A stretch of DNA of 64,000 bases from Octopus vulgaris (Eukaryota): NCBI GenBank assembly GCA_951406725.2, contig OX597832.1, positions 41,788,001-41,852,000 of the forward strand, given 5' to 3'. The first letter of the stretch is position 1. Each line of letters starts with the position of its first letter. A program made the translations under genes and the position numbers. Shown one piece after another: positions 26,245 to 38,282 of the stretch. Below the pieces are notes generated by a model, which did no database searches, was not told where the DNA came from, and was given only the letters and a program-made list of their open reading frames with translations.

Positions 26245-27199
26245 TAACCCTTTCATTACTGTATTTATTTTGAGATGTTCTGGGTTTCTTTCAATTATTT
26301 TAAATATAACAAAGAATTTAGTAAAATAACTCAGTCATCATTCTGCTAGTGTTAGGAACATAAATTGTGACTAAGGTTTGGTGGAAGATTTTCATTCAAA
26401 ACTTATGGAAACAAGACATTTGTACTACAGAGCTAGAACCGGTTTCAGCTGGGTTGATAATGAAAGGGTTAAGTGTAGTTTTCTGGTTCTAAGCATTGCC
26501 ACTTGGTCAGTTTTTGTCATTGTGATCATTTTGTCTGTGTTAGCTGTTGGGTTGTGAAGTTTAGGACATGAAACAAGTGACTTCAGTTGACATAATTTTG
26601 TTGGGAAGATTTGACTGCTATTTTTGTTTAACCCTTTCATTACTGTATTTATTTTGAGATGCTCTATGTTTCTTTCAATTACTTTAAACATAACAAAGAA
26701 TTTAGTAAAATAACTTGGTTATCATTAAGCTAGTGTTAGGAACATAAATTGTGGCTAAGGTTTGGTGGAAGATTTTAATTCAAAACTTATGAAAACAAGA
26801 CATTTGTACTACAGGGCCAGAGGCGGTTTCAGCTGGGTTGGTAATAATAATAATAATAATAATGAAATTATTGTATACAGTGCTCAGGTGCACCACATTT
26901 TGTCAAAAGTGCGTATAAAGTATATGCAGTAATGTACAAATGTCTGGAAAGCGAACAGTGTAATGAAAGGGTTAACCCTTTAGCATTCAGATTATTCTGT
27001 CAAATGTAAAGCTTATGTATTCACACCATGTAAAATTAATCTTGCATCATTTCATGGCTTTGAGATTTCAATGATGTGATTATTTATTTTTAAAATGACA
27101 CAATAAGATAGCTCTGAATGACCATATCTGACTAGTTTGAACATAAAATAGGTAGAATATTTTGGCCGGATATGGCTGGTTTAAACACTAAAGGGTTAA
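26245..27199. mobile_element. Cluster of TTAA-flanked piggyBac-type MITEs (two families) with a CR1 tail inserted
   Basis: ttaaccc...gggttaa units at 26245-26472, 26627-26975 (CR1 tail at ~26845-26960) and 26972-27199, the last two sharing a TTAA. Confidence 0.8.
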
Positions 27200-27597
27200 A
27201 CAAAAATTCAAGATATTATATTTTAAATACGTAGTTATTTGCATCCATGACTGTATTGCTTCAGGTAAAATTTTAAAAAAAACACTATACTGCAGTGAAT
27301 TGTATCATGAATAAAGGAAGCAGGAGACTCTGTTGATTCTGATGTGAAGATTTAGTTTCATAGAGTATTATAGTATTGTATTAGAATTACATTTGCTGGA
27401 TCAAAGGATGTTTATATGGCAAAAGAAAATGAATGATGATGATGATGAAGTGTGAGCAAACAATTGGTGTAAAGTGATATTGATTCAGTCTCATAACAGC
27501 TGATAGTGTGAGGATATTGATTAAAACAGAAATCACGGTTTCACAAAAAAGTTCTCCATTGTTTTTACTTCTTACATGCAGCAATAGTAAAACCATG

Positions 27598-27628
<31 letters not shown>

Positions 27629-27634
27629 TATATT

Positions 27635-27714
<80 letters not shown>

Positions 27715-28487
27715 TAGATGAGTGCATGCAGAATGGTTTCATTGCTCTGCGCACATCTTGGGACAGGTCTGACTGACGGCTTCTGCGCCTGTAGAGCTTA
27801 TCTCAAACAGGCAAAGCCCCTCCCAGGCCTGGGATTTCTGGAAGTTATTGATAGGGCCCCAGCCCAAAATATATGACTGAAACAACTAAAAGAGTAAAAG
27901 AGAGAGTGTATATATATATATATACACACACACACATATATATACACATGTATATATATATATATATATATATGTGTATGTATGTATGTATGTATATATA
28001 TATATACACACACACATACATATATTCATCTTATTGATAGATGTGTCTGTATATTTATATATATTATGTATATAAATGTATGTACTAAGATTATCTTGTG
28101 ATATATATATATATATACATATATAGGTTCATACGCACACACATACATACATATGTAGATATGCGTCTTCCTAATACTTTGGCATTTAAAAATATTTAAA
28201 TGCCAGAAATGTTGATATTTCAGTCTCCACTCTAGAGACTTCTTTTACCAGTTGTTAAATACAACAGATTTAAGAAGTAAAATAAGTCCCAGGGCAGGGA
28301 GATTGAAAATTGTTATTGTCAGGTAAGTGCTACAATTGAACCTAAAGACCTAATATTCTCTGATGTGATTCTCATAACAGCAACAATGATAACAATCATT
28401 TCAAATTTTGGCACAAGGCCAGCAATTTTAAGGGATGGAGTAAGTTGATACCATAACCCACAGTACTACTGCTGCTAATAATAATGA

Positions 28488-28521
<34 letters not shown>

Positions 28522-28544
28522 GGTTTTGGTGATGATGATGATGA

Positions 28545-29450
28545 TGATTTTCTTATTAACCACAAAGGGTTTACATTAAAAAAAGTGTTATGAACAGCAG
28601 GGGACAAATATAATGCGGGGTTACATGAAAATCATGCAAACAATTGAATGTAACAACAAAATACCCCAAATTGTTTACAGGGGCATGCTTAGGGTAGGCT
28701 TATTCACTTGGGCCATTCTTGCAACATTCACCCACAAAATTGCTGGGTAGGGGGAGAACTTCCCTCCCTGTGCTCACTTATCTTTTCAAGTGAAACTTGA
28801 AAAAATTGACGAGGGCTTGGCTAAAGAAGAAAGTATCTGTCTTCAGCCCTTTCAATCTGGTCCACCACACAATCTCTTTTGCTAAGGCTACTAGGCAAAG
28901 AAAAACAGCCCGCCCTTCCCAGCCAAATGAAAGTGGCAGGAATATTTTCACAATGGACTCAGTCGATATCCAAGTCCATCCTACACATAACAGTAGGTGT
29001 GCGACATAAACCCATAAGTCAGAAATATTCAGGCGCTGGATGAGTGTGTGCAGAACGGTTTCATCGCTCAGTGTGCATTTCAGGCAAGCCTGGCTAAGTG
29101 CACATCTATGCCTGTTGAGTTTATCCCAAACAGGCAGTGCCCCCTGGTAGCACTGCCAGGTCAAGGATTTCTGGAAATTATCCACAGGCCCCAGCCCAGC
29201 TAATTCATTCTTGTTGACAGCCAGAGTCTCTCCGAGAACACTGTTGCACTTACCTACCACTAACCCTCTAAAGAAAGCCATAGTGGAACTGACACCAACT
29301 GGCAGAGGAGTGTGGGCACCTGACGACACCCTAAGTGCCAGGCACTCTGCCTTGGTCTACGCTTGATCCAGGACTGCAGCTCAGTCAAGGAGACGAGCTA
29401 TGGGAAAGCAAAACTGACAAACGGTGACTGCACCTGCTCCCCATCATCAA
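28545..29450 (-). mobile_element. Tx1/L1-clade LINE 3' fragment (zf-RVT-like C-terminus), degraded
   Basis: ORF ...LTWQCYQGALPVWDKLNRH...ACLKCTLSDETVLHTLIQ...LW (CxxC..ETxxH motif). Related fragments at 27712-27865 and 35996-36307. Confidence 0.75.
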
Positions 29451-29728
29451 GGAAATACTGGATGTGCCACAGCCTCAACACATGTCTGTGTATCAATAGC
29501 CACAGTATACCCAGCCCACACTTCATAGGGTGTTGACAGTAAATGGCACGCCTGACCAGCGGAGTCTGTGCCTTCCATAAGAGGCAGAAAAATCAAATGC
29601 TCCAGCTTGACCAGGCATGATGGTGAGGCAGTAGTAAATGACCGAGGTGATATGCTTGCCTCTTGACCCATTTCTGGATGAGACTGGCTACTCTGCTCGT
29701 CACCTCCCTCCAGTTCTTCTCCAGTTGG

Positions 29729-29759
<31 letters not shown>

Positions 29760-29764
29760 CGAAT

Positions 29765-30105
29765 GGTAATTGTAGTTAGGACACCCGTGCCGGTGACATG
29801 TAAAAGCACCGTTTCGAGTGTGGCAGTTACTAGCGTCGCGTGACTGGCGTCCGTGTCAGTGACACGTAAAAGCACAACCGATTGTGGCCGTTTGCCACCC
29901 TGTTCTGGCTCCTGTGCCGGTGGCACATAAAAATTACCCACTACACTCATGGAGTGGTTGGCGTTAGGAAGGGTATCCAGCTGTAGAAACACTGCCAAAT
30001 CAGACTGGAGCCTGGTGCAGCCTCCATGGCTTACCCGACCCCGGTAAAACCGTCCAACCCATGCTAGCATGGAAAACGGACGTTAAATGATGATGATGAT
30101 GATGA
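29765..30105 (+). mobile_element. RTE 3' end / family C
   Basis: Internal gtggcac(a/g)taaaa repeats and (GAT)n tail. Confidence 0.8.
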
Positions 30106-30167
30106 TATATTTATATATATATATTAACAATCCCTTACGCAGATATTGCTTCCTCAAATTCTGTATG

Positions 30168-30198
<31 letters not shown>

Positions 30199-31295
30199 TT
30201 ATGTATGTATATGATGTGCTTCCACACACTTTCTGTCAACCAAATTCCTACATAAGGCATTGGTCAGTCCAGGGCTATAGCAGAAGACACTTGCCAAAGG
30301 TGTGTCATATAGTGGGATGGAACCGAAACCCCATGGTTGCAAAGCAAGCTTCCTAACCACAGAAGAGATGAAATGGTAGACAGTAACCAGTGGAATTGGT
30401 CTAACATTTACAATCATTCTACAAGTGATAAATATTTAGTTCAAGCCTTGTCCAAGCTAAGCTTGCAGTTCTTTTCTGTCTGGTCTCTATAGGTCTAACA
30501 ATAGTTAATAATTTATAACATCTAACAGTGGTTTATTATTCATAAAACTGTTATTACATGAAATGCTGTATTTCCCCTTTCATCTACAACTGGATTTCCT
30601 TCCTTCCAACTGGGTATTACCAGAACAAACCTTGGTGGGTGTGTTTATTACATACACTTTCACAACAAGTGCATTGAGTGTACTTATTATATACACTTTC
30701 CCCACAAGTGTGTTGAGCATGGTTATCAGAAACACCCTCACAAGAAGTGTGTATATACACACCTTTCATAGAAGTATCTTCAGCATAGCACTTAGGGCAA
30801 GTGTTTTATATATATATATACACACACACACATGTATATATACATGTGTGTGTCTATATATGTTCATACACATGCATGTGTATATATTGTCGTTTAACGT
30901 CTTCTTTCCAAGCTGGCATGGGTTGGACGGTTTGACTGAGGGCTGTGCCAGACTCCAATCTGATCTGGCAGAGTTTCTACGGCTGGATGCCCTTCCTAAT
31001 GCCAACCACTCCGAGAATGTAGTGGGTGCTTTTACGTGCCACCGGCACGAGGGCCAGTCAGGCAGTACTGGCAGTGGCCACGCTCAAATGGTGCTTTTTA
31101 TGTGCCACCTGCACATGAGCCAGTCCAGTGGCACTGGCAATGACCTCAGTCAAATGTTTTTTGACATGCCAGTAAGTCGATGCAGGTAACGATCACGCTC
31201 AATGGTGCTTTTTATGTGCCAATCGGCACAGAGGCCAGATTGTTGCCCTGGCAACGATCACGCTCGTATGGTACTCTTAGCGCTCCACTAGCACA

Positions 31296-31345
<50 letters not shown>

Positions 31346-31551
31346 ATAAGAAATGAGAGAAACAAGAAATGGATTCACAAGATTTTTTTATTAATCACAA
31401 CAATCGTTTCAACCCATCCTTGTATCTTTTCCTCGCAGGTGAGACACTATACAACTTGTTATGGTGTACCTTTCAGTGCTAATGTATCTCAAGTGACTTG
31501 GTTCCATTATACAGCATATTATTTACCTGTAGGCGGTTGCCTATGTGTGTG

Positions 31552-31582
<31 letters not shown>

Positions 31583-31696
31583 GGTATGTAGGTATCAGCA
31601 TTCAAAACAGATTCCTAGCGCCAGCCTCAGCTGTGAATTTGGAACCGAACAGATAACCAATTATAGCACTTACGCAGCATACCTATTGGTTTAGAT

Positions 31697-32018
31697 CAGA
31701 ACTGGCCAACCTGAGGCCCGCAGACTTTTCTCTTGCGACTCACCTGATACTTTCTTGAAATGGGTTTATTTAAACAAATATTTAAAAAATTTTATTAAAA
31801 ATTCAAGATTGTAATGAAAAGTCAAAAAAGAAAGATACTACTGTTTTGGCAACGATAATATTTCATGTTCAATCAACAATCATTTATTCATTCATTAATT
31901 ATTGTAATAATAGCATGAGAAAGCAAAGTGATTTCAATTCTGTCAGTATACAAGCGGCCTTCAAAAAACTCTCTGTGATTAAAGTGGCCTGCGATGTAAT
32001 TCGAGTTCGCCAGCCCTG
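31697..32018. mobile_element. hAT-type MITE
   Basis: CAGAACTGGCCAAC ... GTTCGCCAGCCCTG with 8-bp TSD gtttagat. Confidence 0.8.
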
Positions 32019-32475
32019 GTTTAGATCATCAGTGAACTAAACCCCTCATATTCTTTATATATATTATATCATCATCATTTTAATGTCCATTTTGCATGTT
32101 TGTATGGATCAGATGGTGTTTAGTGAGGCAGGTTTTCTACAGCTGGATGCCCTTCTTGTCACCAACCCTTACCTGTTTCCAAACAAGGTAATATTTCTGC
32201 AAGGCCAGACATGTTCTCACAGAATATTGGAAATGAATGACAACCATTTTTCAACTATTGCATGATGTCAAGACAAGTGGACACACATACAGACAGGCTT
32301 CTTTCAGTTTCTGTCAACCAAATCCACTCACAAAGCTTTGGTCAATCAAGTGCAACAGAAGACGAAACTAGCCCAAGGTGCCATACAGTGGGACAGAACT
32401 TGTAACCATGTGGTTGGGAAGCAAACGTCTTGCCACGCAGCCATGTACCACAATATTCCACAGATACTTGTACCT

Positions 32476-32706
32476 ATTTCTTTACTACCCACAAGGGGCT
32501 AAACACAGAGGGGACAAACAAGGACAGACAAATGGATTAAGTTGATTATATCGACCCCAGTGCGTAACTGCTACGTATTTAATTGACCCCGAAAGGATGA
32601 AAGGCAAAGTCGACCTTGGCGGAATTTGAACTCAGGACGTAACAGCAGACAAAATACGGCTACACATTTCGCCCGGCGTGCTACCGTTTCTGCCAGCTCG
32701 CCGCCT
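32476..32706 (-). mobile_element. SINE family A monomer
   Basis: Long TSD tattccacaga(t/c)acttgtacct. Confidence 0.85.
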
Positions 32707-32805
32707 TATTCCACAGACACTTGTACCTGTGACCTAATCTTCAGACAGATTTAGCATGACAGTATGTGTGTCAAGACTAGTCCTTTGAAATAGTGTGAAG
32801 CACAC

Positions 32806-33152
32806 CTCGACTGGCTTCCGTGCCGGTGGCACATAAAAAGCACCATCCGAATCGTGGCCGATGCCAGTGCCGCCTCGACTGGCTTCCGTGCCAGTGGCAC
32901 GTAAAATGCACCAATCCGATCATGGCCGTTGCCAGCCTCGCCTGGCACCAGTGCAGGTGGCACGTAAAAAGCACCCACTACACTCTTGGAGTGGTTGGCG
33001 TTAGGAAGGGCATCCAGCTGTAGAAACACTGCCAGATCAGACTGGAGCCTGGTGCAGCTTCCTGGCTTCCCAGATCCCCGGTCGAACCGTCCAACCCATG
33101 CTAGCATGGAGAACGGACGTTAAACGATGATGATGATGATGATGATGATGAT
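32806..33152 (+). mobile_element. RTE 3' end / family C
   Basis: Consensus body and (GAT)n tail. Confidence 0.8.
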
Positions 33153-33260
33153 GTTCCTGTATTTCACTGACAAGGCTTGGGTTGACATGGTGATCTGACA
33201 CAAGACGTCTTTTCCCAAGGTACCTCAAGTTCTTAATCCATCAGACATGTTTATCTATGC

Positions 33261-33887
33261 CAGTGATTCTCAACCATTTTTTTACCTATGGACCCCTTCG
33301 ATTCCTATTTTTTTCTCAGATGGGCCCCCATAGCCATTAAATGTTTAAAAAAAATCCTATCATATTTTTTATAATTGAATATTATAGGCGCAGGAGTGGC
33401 TGTGTGGTAAGTAGCTTGCTAACCAACTACATGGTTCCGGGTTCAGTCCCACTGCGTGGCACCTTGGGCAAGTGTCTTCTACCCCGGGCCGACCAATGCC
33501 TTGTGAGTGGATTTGGTAGACGGAAACTGAAAGAAGCCTGTCATATATATGTATATATATGTGTGTGTGTGTCTGTGTTTGTCCTCCTAGCATTGCTTGA
33601 CAACCGATGCTGGTGTGTTTACGTCCCCGTCACTTAGCGGTTCGGCAAAAAGAGACCGATAGAATAAGTACTGGGCTTACAAAAGAATAAGTCCCGGGGT
33701 CGAGTTGCTCGATTAAAGGCGGTGCTCCAGCATGGCCGCAGTCAAATGACTGAAACAAGTAAAAGAGTAAAAAGAGTTGCATAAAAAAAAAACTGTTAAA
33801 ATATTTTGTGTTGTAGAAGTATATCTGATTTATTGCATATAAGTTTTAACAACAAAACCTCATATGGACCCTGGCTGGGAACCACTG
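33261..33887. mobile_element. hAT-type MITE interrupted by a full-length family B SINE (33387-33776, +)
   Basis: CAGTGATTCTCAACC ... GGGAACCACTG ends; SINE ggcgcaggagtggctgtgtggtaag...accttgggcaagtgtctt...gactgaaacaagtaaaagag. Confidence 0.8.
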
Positions 33888-34798
33888 ATTTAGGACCTTG
33901 AAAATAAAATACCAACAAACAGACACATAAAAATGACTCTCTGTATTCAACATTACCTAAGTTATGTCGACTTTATTCTTTAAAAAAGACAGAAGAAATT
34001 TAAAATACAAACAAAAAAAAGGGTATTTTTGTCAATATTCTTTGCCATGCTTATATTAACGATAATGACAATAATACTGTTTGTTAATTTTCCTAATACA
34101 GGCACAAGGCCAGAAATACAAGGGAGAGGAACAAAAACTGAACAGTTGATAAATATCAACCCCAGTTCGTAACTGGTACCTTATTTTATTGATACCTACC
34201 ACCCACCCACCCACACACACACAAACAGAAGGATGACAGGTAAAGGTAAAGTTGACTTAGGCAGGATTTAAGTCAAGGATGTAAAGGGATGCAACTAAAT
34301 ACCACAAGGCATTTTGTCAGTTGCTCTACCGATTCCGACTTAATATTCCCTACCCTTTGTGATGATGGATAATAAATAATTTATGTTTTAACAACAATTG
34401 ATTTTTCTTTAATTTTTAGTGAGGGGGGAAGGGGATTTGAGTGGTTGAACAATACAAGAAGTTTCTTACTGAAATTGCGTATTTTTTTTGTTTTCTTTTT
34501 CCCTCTTCTTGTCTAATTTTATTGTTTTTAACCTTTCATAGATTTATTTTTGTATATTTTAACAAGAGTTTAGAAAACAAGTTAGAAAAAAAAATATCAC
34601 AAATATTATAATACAAAAAGAAATTACAAAAACAAAAAAAAAATATACAGAAATGGGGAAAAAACAAAAAAAAAAAAAAACCAGAAAAACTCAACAGTTT
34701 TATCTGCAGGTATGAATGGTTCGATTATTATATGGAATTTTTTTTTTTTGTTAATTTGTTTATTAATGCTTGTGTTTTTTTTTTTTTTGTCAATGTGT

Positions 34799-35031
34799 CT
34801 ATTCTACTTTCTTTGTGAATTGTGATGTAGAAGGTCTTCTGACGTTGCTGTTGGTGGCGGCACCTTCCCTAGCACGGAGTTGCAGGTGAATGATGAGACG
34901 GCAAGAGAGGAGCAAGGCGAACACAATTGCCGGGCTCATTCTCTCCAGCCCTTCGTCAAGGGCATAATGGGTGTAGATATCACTCAACATAATCAACAGC
35001 AGCGATACATTTGCAACTTGCTTCAAGCTCC
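34799..35031 (-). CDS. TMEM35: TMEM35/NACHO-family gene, terminal coding exon 3 (GSLKQVANVSLLLIMLSDIYTHYALDEGLERMSPAIVFALLLSCRLIIHLQLRAREGAATNSNVRRPSTSQFTKKVE*)
   Basis: Acceptor ttttatattttcag|GG AGC is in phase with exon 2 (G+GG = Gly). Aligns by eye to human TMEM35A [49 protein letters not shown]. Ends in TAG, followed by a U-rich 3'UTR-like tract. Confidence 0.92.
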
Positions 35032-35444
35032 CTGAAAATATAAAAAAAAAAGACACATATATAATGGACCTTCAGAATAAAGATGGAAAAAAAAAAATGA
35101 ATATTGTTATACTTGGAAGATGGTCGTTCTTTTTTTGAGGGGGTTTTTCTGCCAGCCCTGAATTAAAATCTTCCACCAAACTTTAGTCACAATTTATGTT
35201 CCTAACACTAGCTTAACGATAACCAAGTTATTTTACTGAATTCTATGTTATATTTAAAGTAATTGAAAGAAACACAGAGCATCTCAAAATAAATACAGTA
35301 ACGAAAGGGTTAAATCTTACAATTAGTCAATTGGAAGACATCTAAGAAAAAGGAACGCAAAACCATAGAGAAAGAGAGTTAAGGAGAGATAAAGATACAG
35401 AGAGATAAAGAGAGAGTGGGGAGAACATAAGTGAGGAGAGGATA

Positions 35445-35792
35445 GTGGGTATGTTCCTTATGAGAGCTCAAAATCTCTCGTGGAGGTGCCATCCAACCAA
35501 AATGCAAATATATGGGAAACTACCACCTGTGTCATCTCTTGTGAAAGGTAGAAGAGTCCAGTTTGCTGGACATTGTTGTGGAGCTGAAAAAGAAGTAATT
35601 TCTACTCTTCTCCTCTGGAAGCCATCTGCTCGCGATACCAAAGGGCGCACACTCTCCTACCCTGATGTAATCTCCAGGGATACGGGCATCCAGCAACAGG
35701 ACCTCCGTAATGCCATGATGGACCGTGAAGTCTGGCGTAGCATGGTAAATTCCATTGTCTCGACCACGGTTGAACGATGATGATGATGATGA
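35445..35792 (+). mobile_element. RTE/RTEX-clade LINE 3' end in intron 2 of the TMEM35-like gene
   Basis: Uninterrupted ORF ...NLSWRCHPTKMQIYGKLPPVSSLVKGRRVQFAGHC...LLLWKP...LSYPDVISRDTG...AMMDREVWR, followed by a (TGA)n tail. Confidence 0.85.
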
Positions 35793-35917
35793 TGTGTGTG
35801 TGTGCAATAATTCCTGGGAATTCATTGCTGGAACGGTTTCGTTGCTACATGTGTGGTCTGCCAACAATCAGTGATGGCCAAAGAAACAAGATGTAATGCA
35901 AGTCCACATTTCATACC

Positions 35918-36700
35918 TATTTCTTTACTACCCACAAGGGGCTAAACACAGAGGGGACAAACAAGGACAGACAAAGGGATTAAGTCGATTATATCTGTCT
36001 TCAGCCCTTTCAGTGTAGACCACCACACAACCTCCTTTCACTACAGCTGCGAGACAGATGAAAATTGCCTCCTCATCCCGGCCAAAGGAAGGTAATAGGG
36101 CAATCCTCACGATGGAAGCAGCTGACGAGTGACCACATCCTGTACGTGATAGCAGGTGTTGGACACAAACCCATATATCAGATACAGGCAGTGCTGATGA
36201 GTGCGTGCAGAATTGTTTCATTGCTCTGCGCACATCTTGGGACAGGTCTGACCGACGGCTTCTGTGCCTGTAGGGTTTATCTCAAACAGGCAAAGCCCCT
36301 TCCATGCTGGTGCATAAATGGTACTTATTTAATTGACGAGCTGGCAGAAACGTTAGCACGCCGGGCGAAATGCTTAGCGGTATTTCGTCTGCCTCTACGT
36401 TCTGAGTACAAATTCCGCCGAGGTCGTCTTTGCCTTTCATCCTTTCGGGGTTGATTAAATAAGTACCATTTACGCACTGGGGTCGATATAATCGACTTAA
36501 ACCGTTTATCTGTCCTTGTTTGTCCCCTCTGTGTTTAGCCCCTTGTGGGTAGTAAAGAAATAGGTATTTATTTAATTGACCCCGAAAAGATGAAAGGCAA
36601 AGTCGACCTCGGCAGAATTTGAACTCAGAACGTAGCGACAGACGAAATACTGCTAAGCATTTCGCCTGGCGTGCTAACGTTTCTGCCAGCTCGCCGCCTT
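35918..36700 (-). mobile_element. Nested composite: family A SINE (-) containing a Tx1 fragment and an inverted family A SINE (+, 36338-36562)
   Basis: Outer 16-bp TSD gtccacatttcatacc (35902-35917 / 36701-36716); inner 18-bp TSD ggta(c/t)ttatttaattgac (36320-36337 / 36563-36580). Confidence 0.85.
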
Positions 36701-36779
36701 GTCCACATTTCATACCATTATACAAACAAGTTAAGAAGCCACCATTTGATAAAAGTAAAAGTAACAGAGATCCTCATAC

Positions 36780-36915
36780 CTGGAATAGCTAGCAAGGTGA
36801 CGCCACTAATAACCTCCACAGTGCCAATAACCTTTCTGTAAAAATGAGGGTTTGGTTTCCATCCTGTCTGTTTCACTAATGGGAATACTTTGGCTCTTCG
36901 TATGAAAGTTTTTCT
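36780..36915 (-). CDS. TMEM35: TMEM35/NACHO-family gene, exon 2 (RKTFIRRAKVFPLVKQTGWKPNPHFYRKVIGTVEVISGVTLLAIP+G)
   Basis: Acceptor tttttttgcag|AGA, donor CCA G|gtatgag, 136 nt (phase 0 to phase 1). The AKVFPL...YR+.IG.+EV..G..L..IPG pattern matches the TMEM35A/NACHO DoxX-like region. Confidence 0.92.
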
Positions 36916-37001
36916 CTGCAAAAAAAGATTCAGATGAAAGAAATAGGAAAATAGAAAAAGAAGTTTGGTTAATTTACAGCTAGACATCAAACCATTAGCA
37001 T

Positions 37002-37229
37002 TTAACCCTTTGGTGTTCAGATTACTCTGTTAAATGTAATAATTTTTCATTCAAATTGTTTTGAATTAATCAAGCATTATCTTATAGCTTTGAGGTTTCA
37101 ATGATGTGATTGTTTATTTTTAGAATGTCAATGTAGGTTAGGTGTGAGAGGCTAGATATGGCCAGTTTGAATATGAAACTTGTGGAATATCTGGGCCGGA
37201 TATGGCCGGTTTAAACACTAAAGGGTTAA
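37002..37229. mobile_element. TTAA-flanked MITE (second family)
   Basis: ttaaccctttggtgttcagatt...aaacactaaagggttaa; similar to 26972-27199. Confidence 0.8.
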
Positions 37230-37431
37230 ACCAGTTATATCCAACCCAAATATTCTACCAGTTTTATGCTTAAACTAGCTAGATTTGGCCTCTCACATCT
37301 GCTCTAGAATGTCATACTAAAAATATGCAATCACATCGTCAAAATTTGAAAGCTATGAGATTGCCCCAGCATGGTCACAGCTTGTGAGCTGAACCTAGAT
37401 AAAATAAAAATTTTTTTAAATAAATAAAATG

Positions 37432-37797
37432 TGCAGGCATGTTTGTGTGACTAGAAGCTTGCTTCGCAACCACATGGTTCTGGGTTCAGTCCCACTGCGT
37501 GATACCTTGGGCAAGTGTCTTCTACTATAGCCTTGAGAGTGGATTTTGTAGATGGAAACTGAAAGAAGCCCATTGTATATATATATGTGTGTGTGTGTGT
37601 GTACCTTCGTGTCTGTGACAACCAGTGTTGGTGTGTTTGCATCCCTATAATTTAGTGCTTCAGCAAAAGAGACCAATAGAATAAGTACTAGGCTTCAAAA
37701 AAAAACCCTGGTTCAACTAAAATAAAAAACTTTCAAGGTGGTGCTCCAGCATGGCTGCAGCCAACTGACTGAAACAAGTAGATGAATAAAAGAATAA
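37432..37797 (+). mobile_element. SINE family B
   Basis: Consensus head, CORE-like accttgggcaagtgtctt, tail gactgaaacaagta. Confidence 0.8.
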
Positions 37798-37887
37798 ACA
37801 ACTTATATAAACACTAAAGGATAAATTACTTAGGGTATTTGGTTCTTAACCATAGGGTTGTGAGTTCAATTCCTAGGCCAGGCATTG

Positions 37888-38282
37888 TTAAGTTAAGTTA
37901 ATTTTTTGGCTCAAAAAGCAAAAAGCAAGGCCATGTAGGGGGGCATGGAGTTATGTACAGGGAGGGTGTTCATGCAAAGAGTTCAGGTCATTTCTGGTCA
38001 AGAGAGACTTTGAACCGAGCGGTCGTCGGCATCTTCACTATCACGTCCGGCAGCTTATTCCACGGATCCGCAACCCGGACGGAGAAAGCCCCTCTCCTTC
38101 GATTGAGATGAAATCGTCGCAGATAGAGCTTTTTGGAGTGACCCCGCAGCCGACGCTCTGGAGCAGGAGTGAAGAACAGCTCTTTCAAGAGGTTACACTT
38201 TCCGCTTATGATGTTGTGAGCAAGACTGAGATCACCACGGCGGCGGCGTTTTTCTAGAGAATAAAGGTCGAGCGTCTTCAGT
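37888..38282 (-). mobile_element. CR1-clade LINE 3' end (second family)
   Basis: LKTLDLYSLEKRRRRGDL...RLRGHSKKL...RRGAFSVRVADPWNKLP...FKVSLD; (TAACT)n tail. Confidence 0.85.

Noticed and set aside
31420-31446. Recursive-splice-like ttttcctcgcagGTGAG
   Set aside because: No plus-strand host intron is established, and the surroundings look repeat-derived.
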